From: an uncultured bacterium
Lineage (GTDB): Bacteria; Patescibacteriota; Minisyncoccia; UBA6257; 2-01-FULL-56-20
NCBI GenBank assembly: GCA_963707865.1
Contig: OY970175.1
Coordinates: 758,028 to 822,027 of the forward strand
Length of the DNA: 64,000 nucleotides
Reading direction: 5' to 3'
Shown here: in pieces, positions 29,335 through 39,323 of the stretch
How positions within the stretch are numbered: position 1 is the stretch's first letter
Layout: each line of letters opens with the position of its first letter
Program-made: the position numbers and the translations under genes
The notes under the pieces: model-generated
The model's input: the letters and a program-made list of their open reading frames with translations, nothing else
Database searches by the model: none
Told to the model about the DNA's origin: nothing

Positions 29335-30873
29335 TTAAGCTTCCTCCCGCAAACGGTAACTGAATGCTTCGGCAATGTGTTCTGCGGAGACGCAGCCGCT
29401 TCCCTCGAGGTCGGCGATCGTCCGTGCGACCTTGAGGATGCGGTAATAGCCGCGCGGGGAGATGTGGCCTCTCTCGAGCGTTTCCAGAAATTTTTCCGCG
29501 CGCGGCTCAAGGTGGATGAGTAGCCGTGTTTCCCGTGAGTTCATCTCGGCATTCGTCGTGATGTTGAGCCACCTGAACCGTTCTCGCTGCACGTTCCGCG
29601 CTGCTTCAATGCGCTCTCGGATCGCGGGGCTTGCGGGTCCCTGCCAATCCCCTTTCCGTAGCTCCTCTATTTTTATGCGCCCTACCTTGATTTGCAGATC
29701 AATGCGGTCTAAGAGAGGGCCTGAGATCTTTTTTTGATATTTAATCACCTCGTATGCGGCGCACTTGCATTCTTTTTCCGCGTCGCCGTAATAGCCGCAG
29801 GGACACGGATTCATCGCGGCCACGAGCGCGAACCGCGCCGGGAAAAGGAAGCTTTGCTTTGCGCGCGTGACACGGATTGATCCTGATTCCATCGGTTCAC
29901 GCAACGCTTCAAGGAGATTTTTCTGAAACTCCGGAAGTTCGTCTAAGAAAAGCACCCCGCGATGCGCGAGGCTTATCTCGCCCGGTTTGGGATCCTGGCC
30001 GCCGCCGATGAGCGCAGCGATTGATGCAGTTTGGTGCGGCGCGCGGAACGGTCGGTGGCAGATAAGCTGACCGTGGCTCAGCCCCGCCGCGCTCCATATT
30101 TTTGTGATTTCTATTGCTTCCGGGACTGTGAGTTTCGGCAAGATGCCAGCGAGCGCTTGCGCGAGCATACTCTTCCCTACCCCAGGTGGCCCGATCATGA
30201 GGAGGTTGTGATTGCCTGCCGCGGCGATCGCGAGCGCGCGCTTCGCGTTTTCTTGGCCGATAATCTCTGAAAAATCGGGGAATGTTCCAGCTCTCTTTTC
30301 GTGCGGGGCGGAAGGGGCGGGATTTTGCACGCCGTACGTTTGCCGCCCCTCAAGTATCGCGATGGCCGTCCCGAGATTTTCCAATGGAACTATTTCTATC
30401 CCGCGTATTGCCGCTGCCTCACTCGCATTTTGTTTTGGGAGAAAAAGATATTTAAAACCAAGGTTGCGCGCCGTTTGCGCAATGTTGAGCGCGCCATTCA
30501 CGGGGCGCAGCCTGCCATCAAGTGCAAGCTCGCCGACGAAAACTTTATCACCAGTCTCGGTTCTTTGTATCTGTTTTGTTGCAAGCAAATAACCGAGCGC
30601 GATCGCGAGATCGTAGTGCGAACCCGTTTTCTGTATATCGGCAGGGGCGAGATTAATGGTGATCCTTCTGTTCTCTCGGTTCGGCGGTTTCGCGCCACAG
30701 TTTTTGATCGCAGAATTGACTCTTTCCTTCGCTTCGTTAAGCGCCTTGTCGGCGAGGCCGACGATGTTGAAAGAATGAAGACCGACATTGAGGTCAATCT
30801 CCACTTCTATAAGTTTGGCATTGATACCCTCAAGTTCCGCAGAATAGACCTTCGCAAGATTTTTGGTGGTCAC
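29335..30873 (-). CDS. comM: ComM/YifB Mg-chelatase-like AAA+ ATPase
   Basis: IVGLAD...EAKERV, INLAPAD, GELALDG, GPPGVGKS, PFRAPH, GEISLAHRGVLFLDE, AMNPCPCG, SGPLLDRID. Confidence 0.95.
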   Translation of the reverse strand: MTTKNLAKVYSAELEGINAKLIEVEIDLNVGLHSFNIVGLADKALNEAKERVNSAIKNCGAKPPNRENRRITINLAPADIQKTGSHYDLAIALGYLLATKQIQRTETGDKVFVGELALDGRLRPVNGALNIAQTARNLGFKYLFLPKQNASEAAAIRGIEIVPLENLGTAIAILEGRQTYGVQNPAPSAPHEKRAGTFPDFSEIIGQENAKRALAIAAAGNHNLLMIGPPGVGKSMLAQALAGILPKLTVPEAIEITKIWSAAGLSHGQLICHRPFRAPHQTASIAALIGGGQDPKPGEISLAHRGVLFLDELPEFQKNLLEALREPMESGSIRVTRAKQSFLFPARFALVAAMNPCPCGYYGDAEKECKCAAYEVIKYQKKISGPLLDRIDLQIKVGRIKIEELRKGDWQGPASPAIRERIEAARNVQRERFRWLNITTNAEMNSRETRLLIHLEPRAEKFLETLERGHISPRGYYRILKVARTIADLEGSGCVSAEHIAEAFSYRLREEA

Positions 30874-30924
30874 TCCTCACTCATACCATGCCACCGATTA
30901 AAAACTTATAAAAGGTTCCTTGCA

Positions 30925-31257
30925 TTATTTTCCTGCTTTGCAATGCTTGCAGAAGCGGGATTCCGGGTCCACGTCAAGCACGGCAGCCTCAATCACCCTA
31001 CCGCACTGCTCGCAGGCACCATATTTCCCGTTGTAGATTTTCGCAAGTGCGGCATCAATCTCTGACAGGCGATTTTTCAGATCCTGGACAACTGCCAGCT
31101 GATTACCGATCTCCTCCACCTCGTCCATTTCTTCCTCGGGGCGATGCGTGTCGTTGCCAAAATCAACGGGCCGCTCGTTTTGCTTGATCTCGGCGAGGAG
31201 GAGTAGCCGTTCTTTCTCAAGTTCCTTTCTGCGCTCCTCAAGCTGATTCGTTTCCAT
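30925..31257 (-). CDS. DksA/TraR C4 zinc-finger protein
   Basis: Coiled coil, IDAALAKI..GKYGACEQCG, DPESRFCKHC. Confidence 0.85.
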   Translation of the reverse strand: METNQLEERRKELEKERLLLLAEIKQNERPVDFGNDTHRPEEEMDEVEEIGNQLAVVQDLKNRLSEIDAALAKIYNGKYGACEQCGRVIEAAVLDVDPESRFCKHCKAGK

Positions 31258-31281
31258 AATCATACATTCTAACAGGTCTTT

Positions 31282-31423
31282 TAATCCGGCAATTCAACTA
31301 TGTTACTATACTGTGCAAATCTTGTTACCGGCAATATTAAAAATTTAATCTTTGCCGCCAAATTTTTGCCGGTTTTGTTGCCGGATTGATTGCCGGATTA
31401 TGTTTTGCCGCATTGCCGGATTA
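31282..31423. repeat. Array of 8 TTGCCG(GATTA) repeats (6 direct, 2 inverted)
   Basis: Inverted at 31282 and 31325; direct at 31352, 31366, 31378, 31390, 31405, 31413; AT-rich background. Confidence 0.85.
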
Positions 31424-31510
31424 ATTATTATTTAATGAAATAACCCGATAAGCTTGATTTTCCTACTGACAAACAAAATTGTTTAACGGCTTTGTAATTC
31501 AGTAAACAAA

Positions 31511-31966
31511 TTAAAAATCATATTTGTGAACCTTTTCATAAAAACCAATTTTATAAAGTTTATGAATAAATCTATATTTTTCTGGAACACAAGATTCAGT
31601 TCCAATTTTTCTGATCCAGGACTCAAACTGGATTGCTTTATTTCCATAAAGTTTTTTATAGCAAAGTGGAACAATCACATTTTTTAATTGTCCGAAATCT
31701 CTAACCATTAATACAGCCCTTCCCATGCGTGAATATTGATCGTTGCTTCTCCTAGGACCGTAATTATAAACTTTGTTTTTTAATGCAAGCCTATCTCTGA
31801 TTAAGATTATGAGATTACTGTCTATTTCAGACATGGCAAGGGCGAACGTTGGAATCTTAGATTTTTGAGGATCGGTCCCTGCGCCACAAAATGTAAAACA
31901 ACCCTCTCCAACAATAAGGCCACGAATGAATTCATAGCTTAACCTATTTTCTTCGATGTTTGTCAT
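31511..31966 (-). CDS. Free-standing single-motif LAGLIDADG endonuclease-like protein
   Basis: YEFIRGLIVGEGCF (LAGLIDADG helix), PTFALAMSEID, VIVPLC, LYGNKAIQFESW; AT-rich codons; start set at MTNIEE. Confidence 0.8.
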   Translation of the reverse strand: MTNIEENRLSYEFIRGLIVGEGCFTFCGAGTDPQKSKIPTFALAMSEIDSNLIILIRDRLALKNKVYNYGPRRSNDQYSRMGRAVLMVRDFGQLKNVIVPLCYKKLYGNKAIQFESWIRKIGTESCVPEKYRFIHKLYKIGFYEKVHKYDF

Positions 31967-32033
31967 AAAACCAATTATTAATGTTTTCGTGTAAAACATA
32001 ACATATTTACCATTAAAAAATTCTAAAAAATTT

Positions 32034-32420
32034 ATGAAAAACAAAAGCGAAGTTGGGAAATCAGGTGAGGAAATAACTTGCGGATATCTTGTTCAAAACC
32101 AGTGGAAAATATTAGAACGAAATTATCGGAGGAAATCAGATGAAATTGACATTATCGCAAAGTCACCAGACGGGACACTGGTATTTTGCGAGGTAAAATC
32201 TTTTGCGACAGGAGAGGTTTATGACGTCCTTAACCAACTTACGCCGGAAGATAATTTAACCGCTGCGAAGTTTAGGAAAATTAGCCGGACCTGCGAATTT
32301 TTTGCAAGGCAGCATCCGGAGCTGGTTGACGAAGATAAAGGATGGAGGATTGATCTGATCGCGGTTGACATAGGAAATGATGGGAAGGCAAGAGATATTC
32401 GGCACTACGAGAACATCTAG
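32034..32420 (+). CDS. yraN: YraN/UPF0102 nuclease
   Basis: GKSGEE, ILERNYR, EIDIIA, LVFCEVK, RIDLIAV. Confidence 0.9.
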   Translation: MKNKSEVGKSGEEITCGYLVQNQWKILERNYRRKSDEIDIIAKSPDGTLVFCEVKSFATGEVYDVLNQLTPEDNLTAAKFRKISRTCEFFARQHPELVDEDKGWRIDLIAVDIGNDGKARDIRHYENI

Positions 32421-32531
32421 ACGGGCACCGTCGCGCGAACCGGCGCGTGGCAGGCCCTTGACGAACGGCAGGAGCGGGAATACTATAATGAAGTATTCGT
32501 GGTCCGCTCATGAGCGGGCTTTTTTAAAGAA

Positions 32532-33779
32532 ATGCTTAACATAAAAGAATTGTCAAAGGCTTTGAAGCAGGTCGCGGAAGAAAAAGGGCTAAAGGCAGAG
32601 GATGTTCTTGAGGTTATTGAAGCGTCCATTGCGGCGGCGTATAAAAGGGAATACGGCCAGCGCGGTGAGGTTGTAAAATGCAAGCTGGATCAAACGACCG
32701 GCGAGCTGAAATTCTGGCAGATGAAAACGGTGGTTGACGAAAACACCGCGCGTTTTGTGTCTGATACGGAAGAAGAGGGGGGTGGAGAAAAGGAAGAGGA
32801 GAAGAAGAAGGGGCGAGCGGGCCAGGAAGCGACGACCGAAGAGGAAAAACTCCCGCGGTTCAATCCAGAGCGGCACATTACCCTGGAAGAAGCACGGAAG
32901 ATGAAGAAAGGGGCGCAGGTTGGGGATGAAATCACGTTTGAACTTGAAACGCATGATGATTTTGGAAGGATTGCGGCTCAGACGGCAAAGCAGGTAATTC
33001 TGCAAAAGCTGCGCGAGTCGGAGCGCGATTCAATTTTGAATGAATGGCGCGGCAAGGAAGGCCAGATCGTGAGCGGCATTGTGCAGCGATTTGAGCGGGG
33101 GAATGTGTTTATTGACCTTGGACGGACGGTCGGCGTGATGTTCGCAAACGAATCAATTCCTACGGAACATTACCGCTCTGGGGAACGCTTGCGCTTCCTC
33201 GTGCTTGCGGTGCAGGAAGACACGCGGCTTCCGGGAATTATTCTTTCGCGTTCACATCCGAGGTTTGTGATGGAGCTTTTCCGCATGGAGGTACCGGAAC
33301 TCGCAGAGGGCGCGATTGAGATCAAAGCGATTGCGCGCGAGCCGGGAAATCGCACGAAAGTGGCGGTATTTTCCAGCGTAGAAGGGATTGATCCGGTTGG
33401 TGCGCTGGTTGGTCAAAGAGGGACGCGCGTGATGGCAGTGAACAACGAGCTGGGCAACGAAAAAATTGACATCGCGGAATGGGCGGAGGATCCGGAGAGA
33501 TTTATTGCAAACGCCCTCTCGCCGGCGAAAGCGGAAAAGGTGGAAATTCTTCCGCGGCGCGAAGCACGCGCGTATGTGCCGGAGAACCAGTTGAGCTTGG
33601 CAATCGGAAAGGGTGGGCAGAATGTGCGGCTCGCGGCGAAGCTTACCGGTTGGAAGATCGACGTACGGTCGCAGTCGCGGCCGGAGGAAGCGCAGGAAGG
33701 CGGTGTGGCGGGAATAACGGAAACGGACCAGATCGCGGCTCCCGAAGAGGACGACGACGAGAAGGACGCTATGGTATAA
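32532..33779 (+). CDS. nusA: Transcription termination factor NusA
   Basis: FGRIAAQTAKQVI, S1 domain, EVPEL, AREPGNRTKVAV, DPVGALVG, LSLAIGKGGQNVRLAAKLTGWKID. Confidence 0.97.
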   Translation: MLNIKELSKALKQVAEEKGLKAEDVLEVIEASIAAAYKREYGQRGEVVKCKLDQTTGELKFWQMKTVVDENTARFVSDTEEEGGGEKEEEKKKGRAGQEATTEEEKLPRFNPERHITLEEARKMKKGAQVGDEITFELETHDDFGRIAAQTAKQVILQKLRESERDSILNEWRGKEGQIVSGIVQRFERGNVFIDLGRTVGVMFANESIPTEHYRSGERLRFLVLAVQEDTRLPGIILSRSHPRFVMELFRMEVPELAEGAIEIKAIAREPGNRTKVAVFSSVEGIDPVGALVGQRGTRVMAVNNELGNEKIDIAEWAEDPERFIANALSPAKAEKVEILPRREARAYVPENQLSLAIGKGGQNVRLAAKLTGWKIDVRSQSRPEEAQEGGVAGITETDQIAAPEEDDDEKDAMV

Positions 33780-33808
33780 ATAGTAAAATAAAAACATAAG
33801 ATAAAAAT

Positions 33809-35815
33809 ATGTCGGCGATAACATTTGCATTAGGGGCCGGGGTGCTTGCGGTCGTGTGCGCAGCGGTGTTGATCTGGAAAATTGGGAGGGCGCCCGCGGG
33901 CAATGAAAAAATGCAGGAGATTGCGCGCGCGATCCAAACAGGCGCGAAGGCATATTTGAATCGTCAGTACAAAACCGTTGCAATCGTGGCGGTCGTCGTG
34001 GCAATTTTAATCGGCGTGTTTTTGAACCTGACAACGATGGCGGGATTCATCATCGGCGCCTTTGCCTCGGCGCTCGCGGGGTATATCGGCATGAACATGT
34101 CGGTGCGCGCGAATGTGAGGACTGCGGAGGCAGCAAAATCGGGACTCAAGCAGGCGCTCGGCATTGCGTTCGAGGGCGGGACGGTAACGGGGCTTCTCGT
34201 CGTCGGTCTCGCGCTCATCTCCGTTTCCGGCTTCTATGCGATCACGCACGACGTACGGGCGCTCATCGGATTGGGATTCGGCGGAAGTTTGATATCGGTC
34301 TTCGCGCGACTGGGTGGTGGCATCTTTACAAAAGGCGCCGATGTCGGCGCGGACCTTGTCGGCAAAGTTGAAGCAGGAATTCCGGAAGATGATCCTCGGA
34401 ATCCGGCGGTGATTGCGGACAATGTCGGCGACAATGTTGGCGACTGCGCCGGCATGGCTGCGGACCTTTTTGAAACGTACGCCGTCACGGCGGTTGCCGT
34501 GATGATTCTGGGAAGCTTGATGTTCCCTGGGTCGGAGAGCGCAGTGCTTTTGCCACTTGTGATCGGCGGCATCTCCGTCGTGAGTTCCATCCTCGGCATC
34601 TTCTTCGTACGGCTCGGTAAGAGCCAGTCCATTATGGGCGCTCTCTATAAAGGACTTATCGCCGCGAGCGTGATTTCCCTTATCGGCTTTTGGTTCTTGT
34701 CGGACGGTTACGTGGCGGCGACGAGCGGCGCGGGGAACGGTTTGAACTTCGCGCAGCTTTTCTACCCGATGCTCGTTGGGATTTTGGTAACGGCACTCAT
34801 TGTTTTAATTACTGAATATTATACTTCAAAGAAATTTCGGCCAGTGCGTTCCATCGCCCAGTCGTCCACGACGGGACATGGCACCAACATCATCACAGGG
34901 CTCGCGGTAGGAATGGAATCAACCGCGCTACCGGTCATTGTGATCGTCGCGGGAATCCTTACGGCGTACGCGACCACCGGCTTGTATGGCATTGCACTTG
35001 CCACGATGAGCATGCTTTCCATGGCGGGGATTGTGGTTGCGATTGATGCATTCGGTCCGATCACGGACAACGCTGGCGGCATTGCCGAGATGGCGGGATT
35101 GCCTGATGAAGTGCGCAAGGTAACCGATGCGCTTGATGCGGTAGGGAATACCACAAAAGCAGTCACGAAAGGTTACGCAATCGGTTCGGCAGGGCTTGCC
35201 GCAGTTGTTCTCTTTTCGGCATATGTTCAAGATTTGCAGAACAGGCATGGCGGCGGCGCGATTTCATTTGACTTGAGTAATCCAAAAATTATCGTTGGGC
35301 TCCTGATCGGCGGCGCGATTCCATATTTGTTTGCATCCATCTCCATGCGCGCGGTCGGCAAAGCGGCGGGGAGCGTGGTGAACGAAGTGCGCCGGCAGTT
35401 CAGAGAGATTCCGGGAATTATGGAAGGTAAAGCAAAACCGGATTATGCGAAGAGTGTTGATCTCGTGACGTCGGCGGCGATCAAGGAAATGATCGTGCCC
35501 GCACTTTTACCCGTGCTCGTGCCGATCATCGTGGCATTTACGCTCGGGCCGCTCGCCCTCGGCGGACTGCTCGTGGGTTCCATCGTCACCGGACTTTTCG
35601 TCGCGGTTTCCATGACCTCCGGCGGCGCGGCGTGGGACAACGCAAAAAAGTATATTGAAGAAGGTAACTTGGGCGGCAAAGGTTCGGAGACGCACAAAGC
35701 CGCGATCACCGGCGACACCGTGGGCGATCCGTACAAAGACACCGCAGGGCCGGCGATCAATCCGGTCATTAAGATCATCAACATTATTGCTTTATTGCTC
35801 GTACCATTCTTATAG
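33809..35815 (+). CDS. hppA: Membrane-bound H+-translocating pyrophosphatase (K+-independent signature)
   Basis: [41 protein letters not shown]. Confidence 0.96.
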   Translation: MSAITFALGAGVLAVVCAAVLIWKIGRAPAGNEKMQEIARAIQTGAKAYLNRQYKTVAIVAVVVAILIGVFLNLTTMAGFIIGAFASALAGYIGMNMSVRANVRTAEAAKSGLKQALGIAFEGGTVTGLLVVGLALISVSGFYAITHDVRALIGLGFGGSLISVFARLGGGIFTKGADVGADLVGKVEAGIPEDDPRNPAVIADNVGDNVGDCAGMAADLFETYAVTAVAVMILGSLMFPGSESAVLLPLVIGGISVVSSILGIFFVRLGKSQSIMGALYKGLIAASVISLIGFWFLSDGYVAATSGAGNGLNFAQLFYPMLVGILVTALIVLITEYYTSKKFRPVRSIAQSSTTGHGTNIITGLAVGMESTALPVIVIVAGILTAYATTGLYGIALATMSMLSMAGIVVAIDAFGPITDNAGGIAEMAGLPDEVRKVTDALDAVGNTTKAVTKGYAIGSAGLAAVVLFSAYVQDLQNRHGGGAISFDLSNPKIIVGLLIGGAIPYLFASISMRAVGKAAGSVVNEVRRQFREIPGIMEGKAKPDYAKSVDLVTSAAIKEMIVPALLPVLVPIIVAFTLGPLALGGLLVGSIVTGLFVAVSMTSGGAAWDNAKKYIEEGNLGGKGSETHKAAITGDTVGDPYKDTAGPAINPVIKIINIIALLLVPFL

Positions 35816-35869
35816 GACATCGGATAAGAATATCAAGTAGTTCATACGGCCATTAACTCACAAAATGTT

Positions 35870-36337
35870 ATGAAAGAAAACGAATCTTATACTAAAGGCG
35901 AACAGCAGCCGACAGAAGATAAGAAATTGTTAGGAGCATTTGAGAGAGCAAGTATTGCTTGGAAGAAGCGCCAAGAAGCAAACGATGTTTTATTGGAAAG
36001 GGAATTGCCGCCAGGAATAAAAGATGAGGTTTGGAGGGCGGAAGCAACAATCGGAAGATATTTTTCGCCGGCCGAGATTGAGCAGTTGAGAAAATTACGC
36101 GATGAAGATGAGATGACAAAATCAGTCATGGGGTTTGGTTTCACGTATCTCGGATCCCAGCATTTCAAAATAGAACTTTTACAACTATTACGGGGCGATG
36201 AAGAGACGCTGCACAACCCAGATTTGGATGACGCAGAAAAAGAACGAATAAATAAAGAAATCGAATGGATGAATAAAAAACTCGCCGAACTTAAAGATGT
36301 AAGTGCGGATTTGGACGAGGATGGTTGGCTCAAATAA
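35870..36337 (+). CDS. Hypothetical charged protein
   Basis: 155-aa ORF co-directional between hppA and clpP. Confidence 0.65.
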   Translation: MKENESYTKGEQQPTEDKKLLGAFERASIAWKKRQEANDVLLERELPPGIKDEVWRAEATIGRYFSPAEIEQLRKLRDEDEMTKSVMGFGFTYLGSQHFKIELLQLLRGDEETLHNPDLDDAEKERINKEIEWMNKKLAELKDVSADLDEDGWLK

Positions 36338-36395
36338 TAACCAGCTAATCTTTGCGAATATTGCGTAAGCTACAAGAATTCATATAATTACAACC

Positions 36396-36995
36396 ATGGA
36401 ACCAGAAAACCAGTATTTAATCCCGACGGTCATTGAAAAGTCGCAGTTCGGCGAGCGGGCATATGACATCTACTCGCGCCTTCTTAAAGAGCGCATCATT
36501 TTCCTCGGCGGGCCGATCAGCGATCCAGTAGCGAACACGGTGATCGCGCAGTTGCTTTTTTTGGACCACGAGGACCAGAAAAAAGATATCAAGCTTTATA
36601 TCAACAGCCCCGGCGGTTCGGTCACGGCAGGGATGGCGGTCTATGATACGATGCAGTTTGTGAAATCGGATGTTTCCACTATGTGCGTGGGAATCGCGGC
36701 ATCCATGGGCGCGTTTTTGCTCGCGGCCGGCCAGAAGGGAAAACGGCTTGCATTGCCGAACTCACAGATTTTGCTTCACCAGGTGATGGGCGGCGCGGAA
36801 GGCCAGGCGATTGAGATTGAGATCGCGGCGAAGCAGATCGTAAAAACAAAACAGCGGCTCAATGAACTGCTTTCAAAACACACCGGCCAGCCGCTCGCAA
36901 AAATAGAGAAGGATACCGACCGCGACTTCTGGCTTTCTGCAGACGAAGCGAAAACCTACGGCGTGATTGACGAGATCATCAAAAATTCAAAATAA
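36396..36995 (+). CDS. clpP: ATP-dependent Clp protease proteolytic subunit
   Basis: [36 protein letters not shown]. Confidence 0.98.
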   Translation: MEPENQYLIPTVIEKSQFGERAYDIYSRLLKERIIFLGGPISDPVANTVIAQLLFLDHEDQKKDIKLYINSPGGSVTAGMAVYDTMQFVKSDVSTMCVGIAASMGAFLLAAGQKGKRLALPNSQILLHQVMGGAEGQAIEIEIAAKQIVKTKQRLNELLSKHTGQPLAKIEKDTDRDFWLSADEAKTYGVIDEIIKNSK

Positions 36996-37003
36996 CAAAG
37001 TAG

Positions 37004-37861
37004 TTATCCGGCGGTGATGAACGCGAGGATGATCACGGATGCTATTGCAAGGAGAAGGCCGATCCATTGGTGAAGTCCGAGCTTTTCTTTATTGAACATA
37101 AGTCCTAGCCCCGCCGCGAACGCGATGTACCCCTCGCTGATGCCGGTCGCAACCGCTATGGGAATAAAGAGCGTTGCATAAGAAAAAGTGACCCACGCGA
37201 GCTTGTCAAAGAAACTGACGTTCAGGATCAGCCGCTTATTGTTCCTAAAATCGGACCAGATCTCTCCGAGTCGAGAGGTTAATGCCAAATAAAGTATGGA
37301 CACTGTTGCAATAAAGGCGTCCGTAAACCAGTTGATCACAAGAGGATTTGTCTCTCGCGCTCCCAAGCCGAAAAGAAAACTGGACGTCCCCAAGCCAATA
37401 GTGCCGACCACGGCGCACCACATACCTTTTTCTAGGTGAATATTTTTAAGGTGGGAAAATGAACGGACGGAAACGAGGAAGATGCCCGCTATTAAAGTTG
37501 CCGTGAAAAAGACCTGCCCCGGCGTAAGCCACTCTTTTATGAAATATGCCGCCAGAAATGCCGCGATCGGTATTTCAAAAGCGTAAATTGGCTCTACCAC
37601 GGAGAGCTTGCCGATGCGCATTGCTTCAAAATCAAACAGTGCGGCAAACAAAAGGACGAAGCAAGCAACCAATAACAAAAACGGGTGGTTTTCAAGGGCG
37701 GCTCTAAGGGTTGGATAGGCGAAAGGGAATAAAATGATGGCCCCAAATGCTGTAATGCAAAACAGTGCTACCCAATCGCCAAACTTTCTCGCGCTTCGTT
37801 GGATAAGAAAATCGCCAAGGCCCCATGAGAGCAAAGCGGTAATGGCGAGAAGCACACCCAT
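37004..37861 (-). CDS. EamA/DMT family transporter
   Basis: ~10 TM in two repeats; WGLGDF, GKLSVVEPI, FNKEKL. Confidence 0.85.
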   Translation of the reverse strand: MGVLLAITALLSWGLGDFLIQRSARKFGDWVALFCITAFGAIILFPFAYPTLRAALENHPFLLLVACFVLLFAALFDFEAMRIGKLSVVEPIYAFEIPIAAFLAAYFIKEWLTPGQVFFTATLIAGIFLVSVRSFSHLKNIHLEKGMWCAVVGTIGLGTSSFLFGLGARETNPLVINWFTDAFIATVSILYLALTSRLGEIWSDFRNNKRLILNVSFFDKLAWVTFSYATLFIPIAVATGISEGYIAFAAGLGLMFNKEKLGLHQWIGLLLAIASVIILAFITAG

Positions 37862-37905
37862 GAGTTAGATTTTAACAGAAACGTTTTCGTGGTAAAGTTT
37901 TTGTA

Positions 37906-39087
37906 ATGAGCGGCACAGACGAGAAAATTAAAGAGCTTCTCTCGCGCAATGTGGAAGATGTGATCGAAAAGGATCATCTCCGCGCCGCGCTCGCGTCCGG
38001 GAAAAAGTTGCGGGTGAAGTTCGGTATTGATCCGACGTCGCCCGACCTGCACTTGGGGCACGCGGTCGTCTTGCGGAAACTCCGCGCGTTCCAGGATCTG
38101 GGGCATAAGGCAGTGCTCATCATCGGCGATTTCACCGCGCAGGTCGGCGACCCCTCCGGCCGTTCAGAGACACGGAAGATGCTTCTGCCCGAGGAAGTGA
38201 AACGCAACGAAAAAGAATACCTTCGCCACGCGGGAAAAGTGATTGATGTGAAAAAAGCCGAGATTTTCCACAATAACGAATGGTTTGGCCGTATGGGGCT
38301 TCCGGAGATCATGCAACTTGCGGCCACCGCAAGTATTCAACAGATACTCCACCGCGCCGATTTCAAAAAACGCCTCGCGGAGAATGTTGATGTGACAATG
38401 TTGGAAATGCTTTATCCATTGCTTCAAGGATACGATTCCGTACAAGTGAGGGCGGATATTGAGCTTGGCGGCACGGATCAGCTCTTCAACCTGCTCATGG
38501 GGCGGCAGGTGCAGAAGCGCTTTGGCATACCCGAACAGGATGTCATGACCGTACCGCTGCTTGAGGGCCTTGATGGGGAAAAGAAAATGTCAAAGACCTA
38601 TGGGAATTATGTTGGTCTGGACGACGAGCCGGCAGATATGTTCGGAAAGGTAATGTCGCTGCCCGATCCGCTCGTTACGAGATATTTCATGCTTTGTACC
38701 GAGCTTTCTGAAGACGAAATTAACAAGCTGAAGAAAACGTCAAAACCGAAAGCGCTCAAGGAACGGCTCGCATTTGAGATTGTGAAACTCTACCACGGAG
38801 AAAAACAGGCGGCATCGGCGCAAGAATATTTTAACAAGACGTTCTCTAAAAAAGAGATCCCAGACGACATCCCGGAGTTGAAAATAAAGGGAACAAAAAT
38901 TTCGGCGCTTGATCTTGCAGTCGCTTCCGGGGTGATGAAAAGTAAAAGCGAGGCGCGACGGTTGGTTGAACAAGGGGGATTTGAGGTCGGCGAAAAGGTT
39001 ATCAAAGACCCACAAAAGGAACTTATGTTAAGGGACGGGGAGGTGGTAAGGATAGGGAAAAGGCACTTTATTCGCATCAAGACCTGA
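37906..39087 (+). CDS. tyrS: Tyrosine-tRNA ligase
   Basis: GIDPTSPDLHLGH, GDPSG, YPLLQGYD, GGTDQ, KMSKT, C-terminal S4 domain. Confidence 0.97.
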   Translation: MSGTDEKIKELLSRNVEDVIEKDHLRAALASGKKLRVKFGIDPTSPDLHLGHAVVLRKLRAFQDLGHKAVLIIGDFTAQVGDPSGRSETRKMLLPEEVKRNEKEYLRHAGKVIDVKKAEIFHNNEWFGRMGLPEIMQLAATASIQQILHRADFKKRLAENVDVTMLEMLYPLLQGYDSVQVRADIELGGTDQLFNLLMGRQVQKRFGIPEQDVMTVPLLEGLDGEKKMSKTYGNYVGLDDEPADMFGKVMSLPDPLVTRYFMLCTELSEDEINKLKKTSKPKALKERLAFEIVKLYHGEKQAASAQEYFNKTFSKKEIPDDIPELKIKGTKISALDLAVASGVMKSKSEARRLVEQGGFEVGEKVIKDPQKELMLRDGEVVRIGKRHFIRIKT

Positions 39088-39150
39088 CATTATCCAGAGA
39101 TTGTCCACAGGACGGGCCCATGGAGCGACGCGCCGTGCTAAACTAAGAGC

Positions 39151-39293
39151 AGTAGTTTGCAATGGCAAAAAGCGTTTTTCTCCGGTTTCGGCCGGAATCG
39201 CTGGCACATTGCCAGCTCTGCGCTCATGCTCGAGCGTTATCGAGCAATTAGAACATGCACCCACACTTTGTGTCGGGGTGCTGTTTCGTTTTT
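39151..39293 (+). other. Small transcription unit: hairpin-rich sRNA or 29-aa peptide (39162-39251) plus terminator
   Basis: TGc-TAAACT -10 at 39136-39144; three hairpins; terminator hairpin 39257-39281 with U tract. Confidence 0.4.
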
Positions 39294-39323
39294 ATACAAC
39301 CGGAGCGGGTTGGTGGAGAACCT

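Noticed and set aside
31282-31423. Possible CRISPR array
   Set aside because: Repeat only 6-11 nt, spacers mostly under 10 nt, mixed orientation, no cas genes
37862-37905. T-box leader for tyrS
   Set aside because: Only ~44 nt shared with a divergent gene; no T-box motif
39090-39110. DnaA-box-like TTATCCAGA and TTGTCCACA after tyrS (also near 39347 and 47325)
   Set aside because: Isolated imperfect matches without an AT-rich unwinding element; not enough to call an origin or datA-like site
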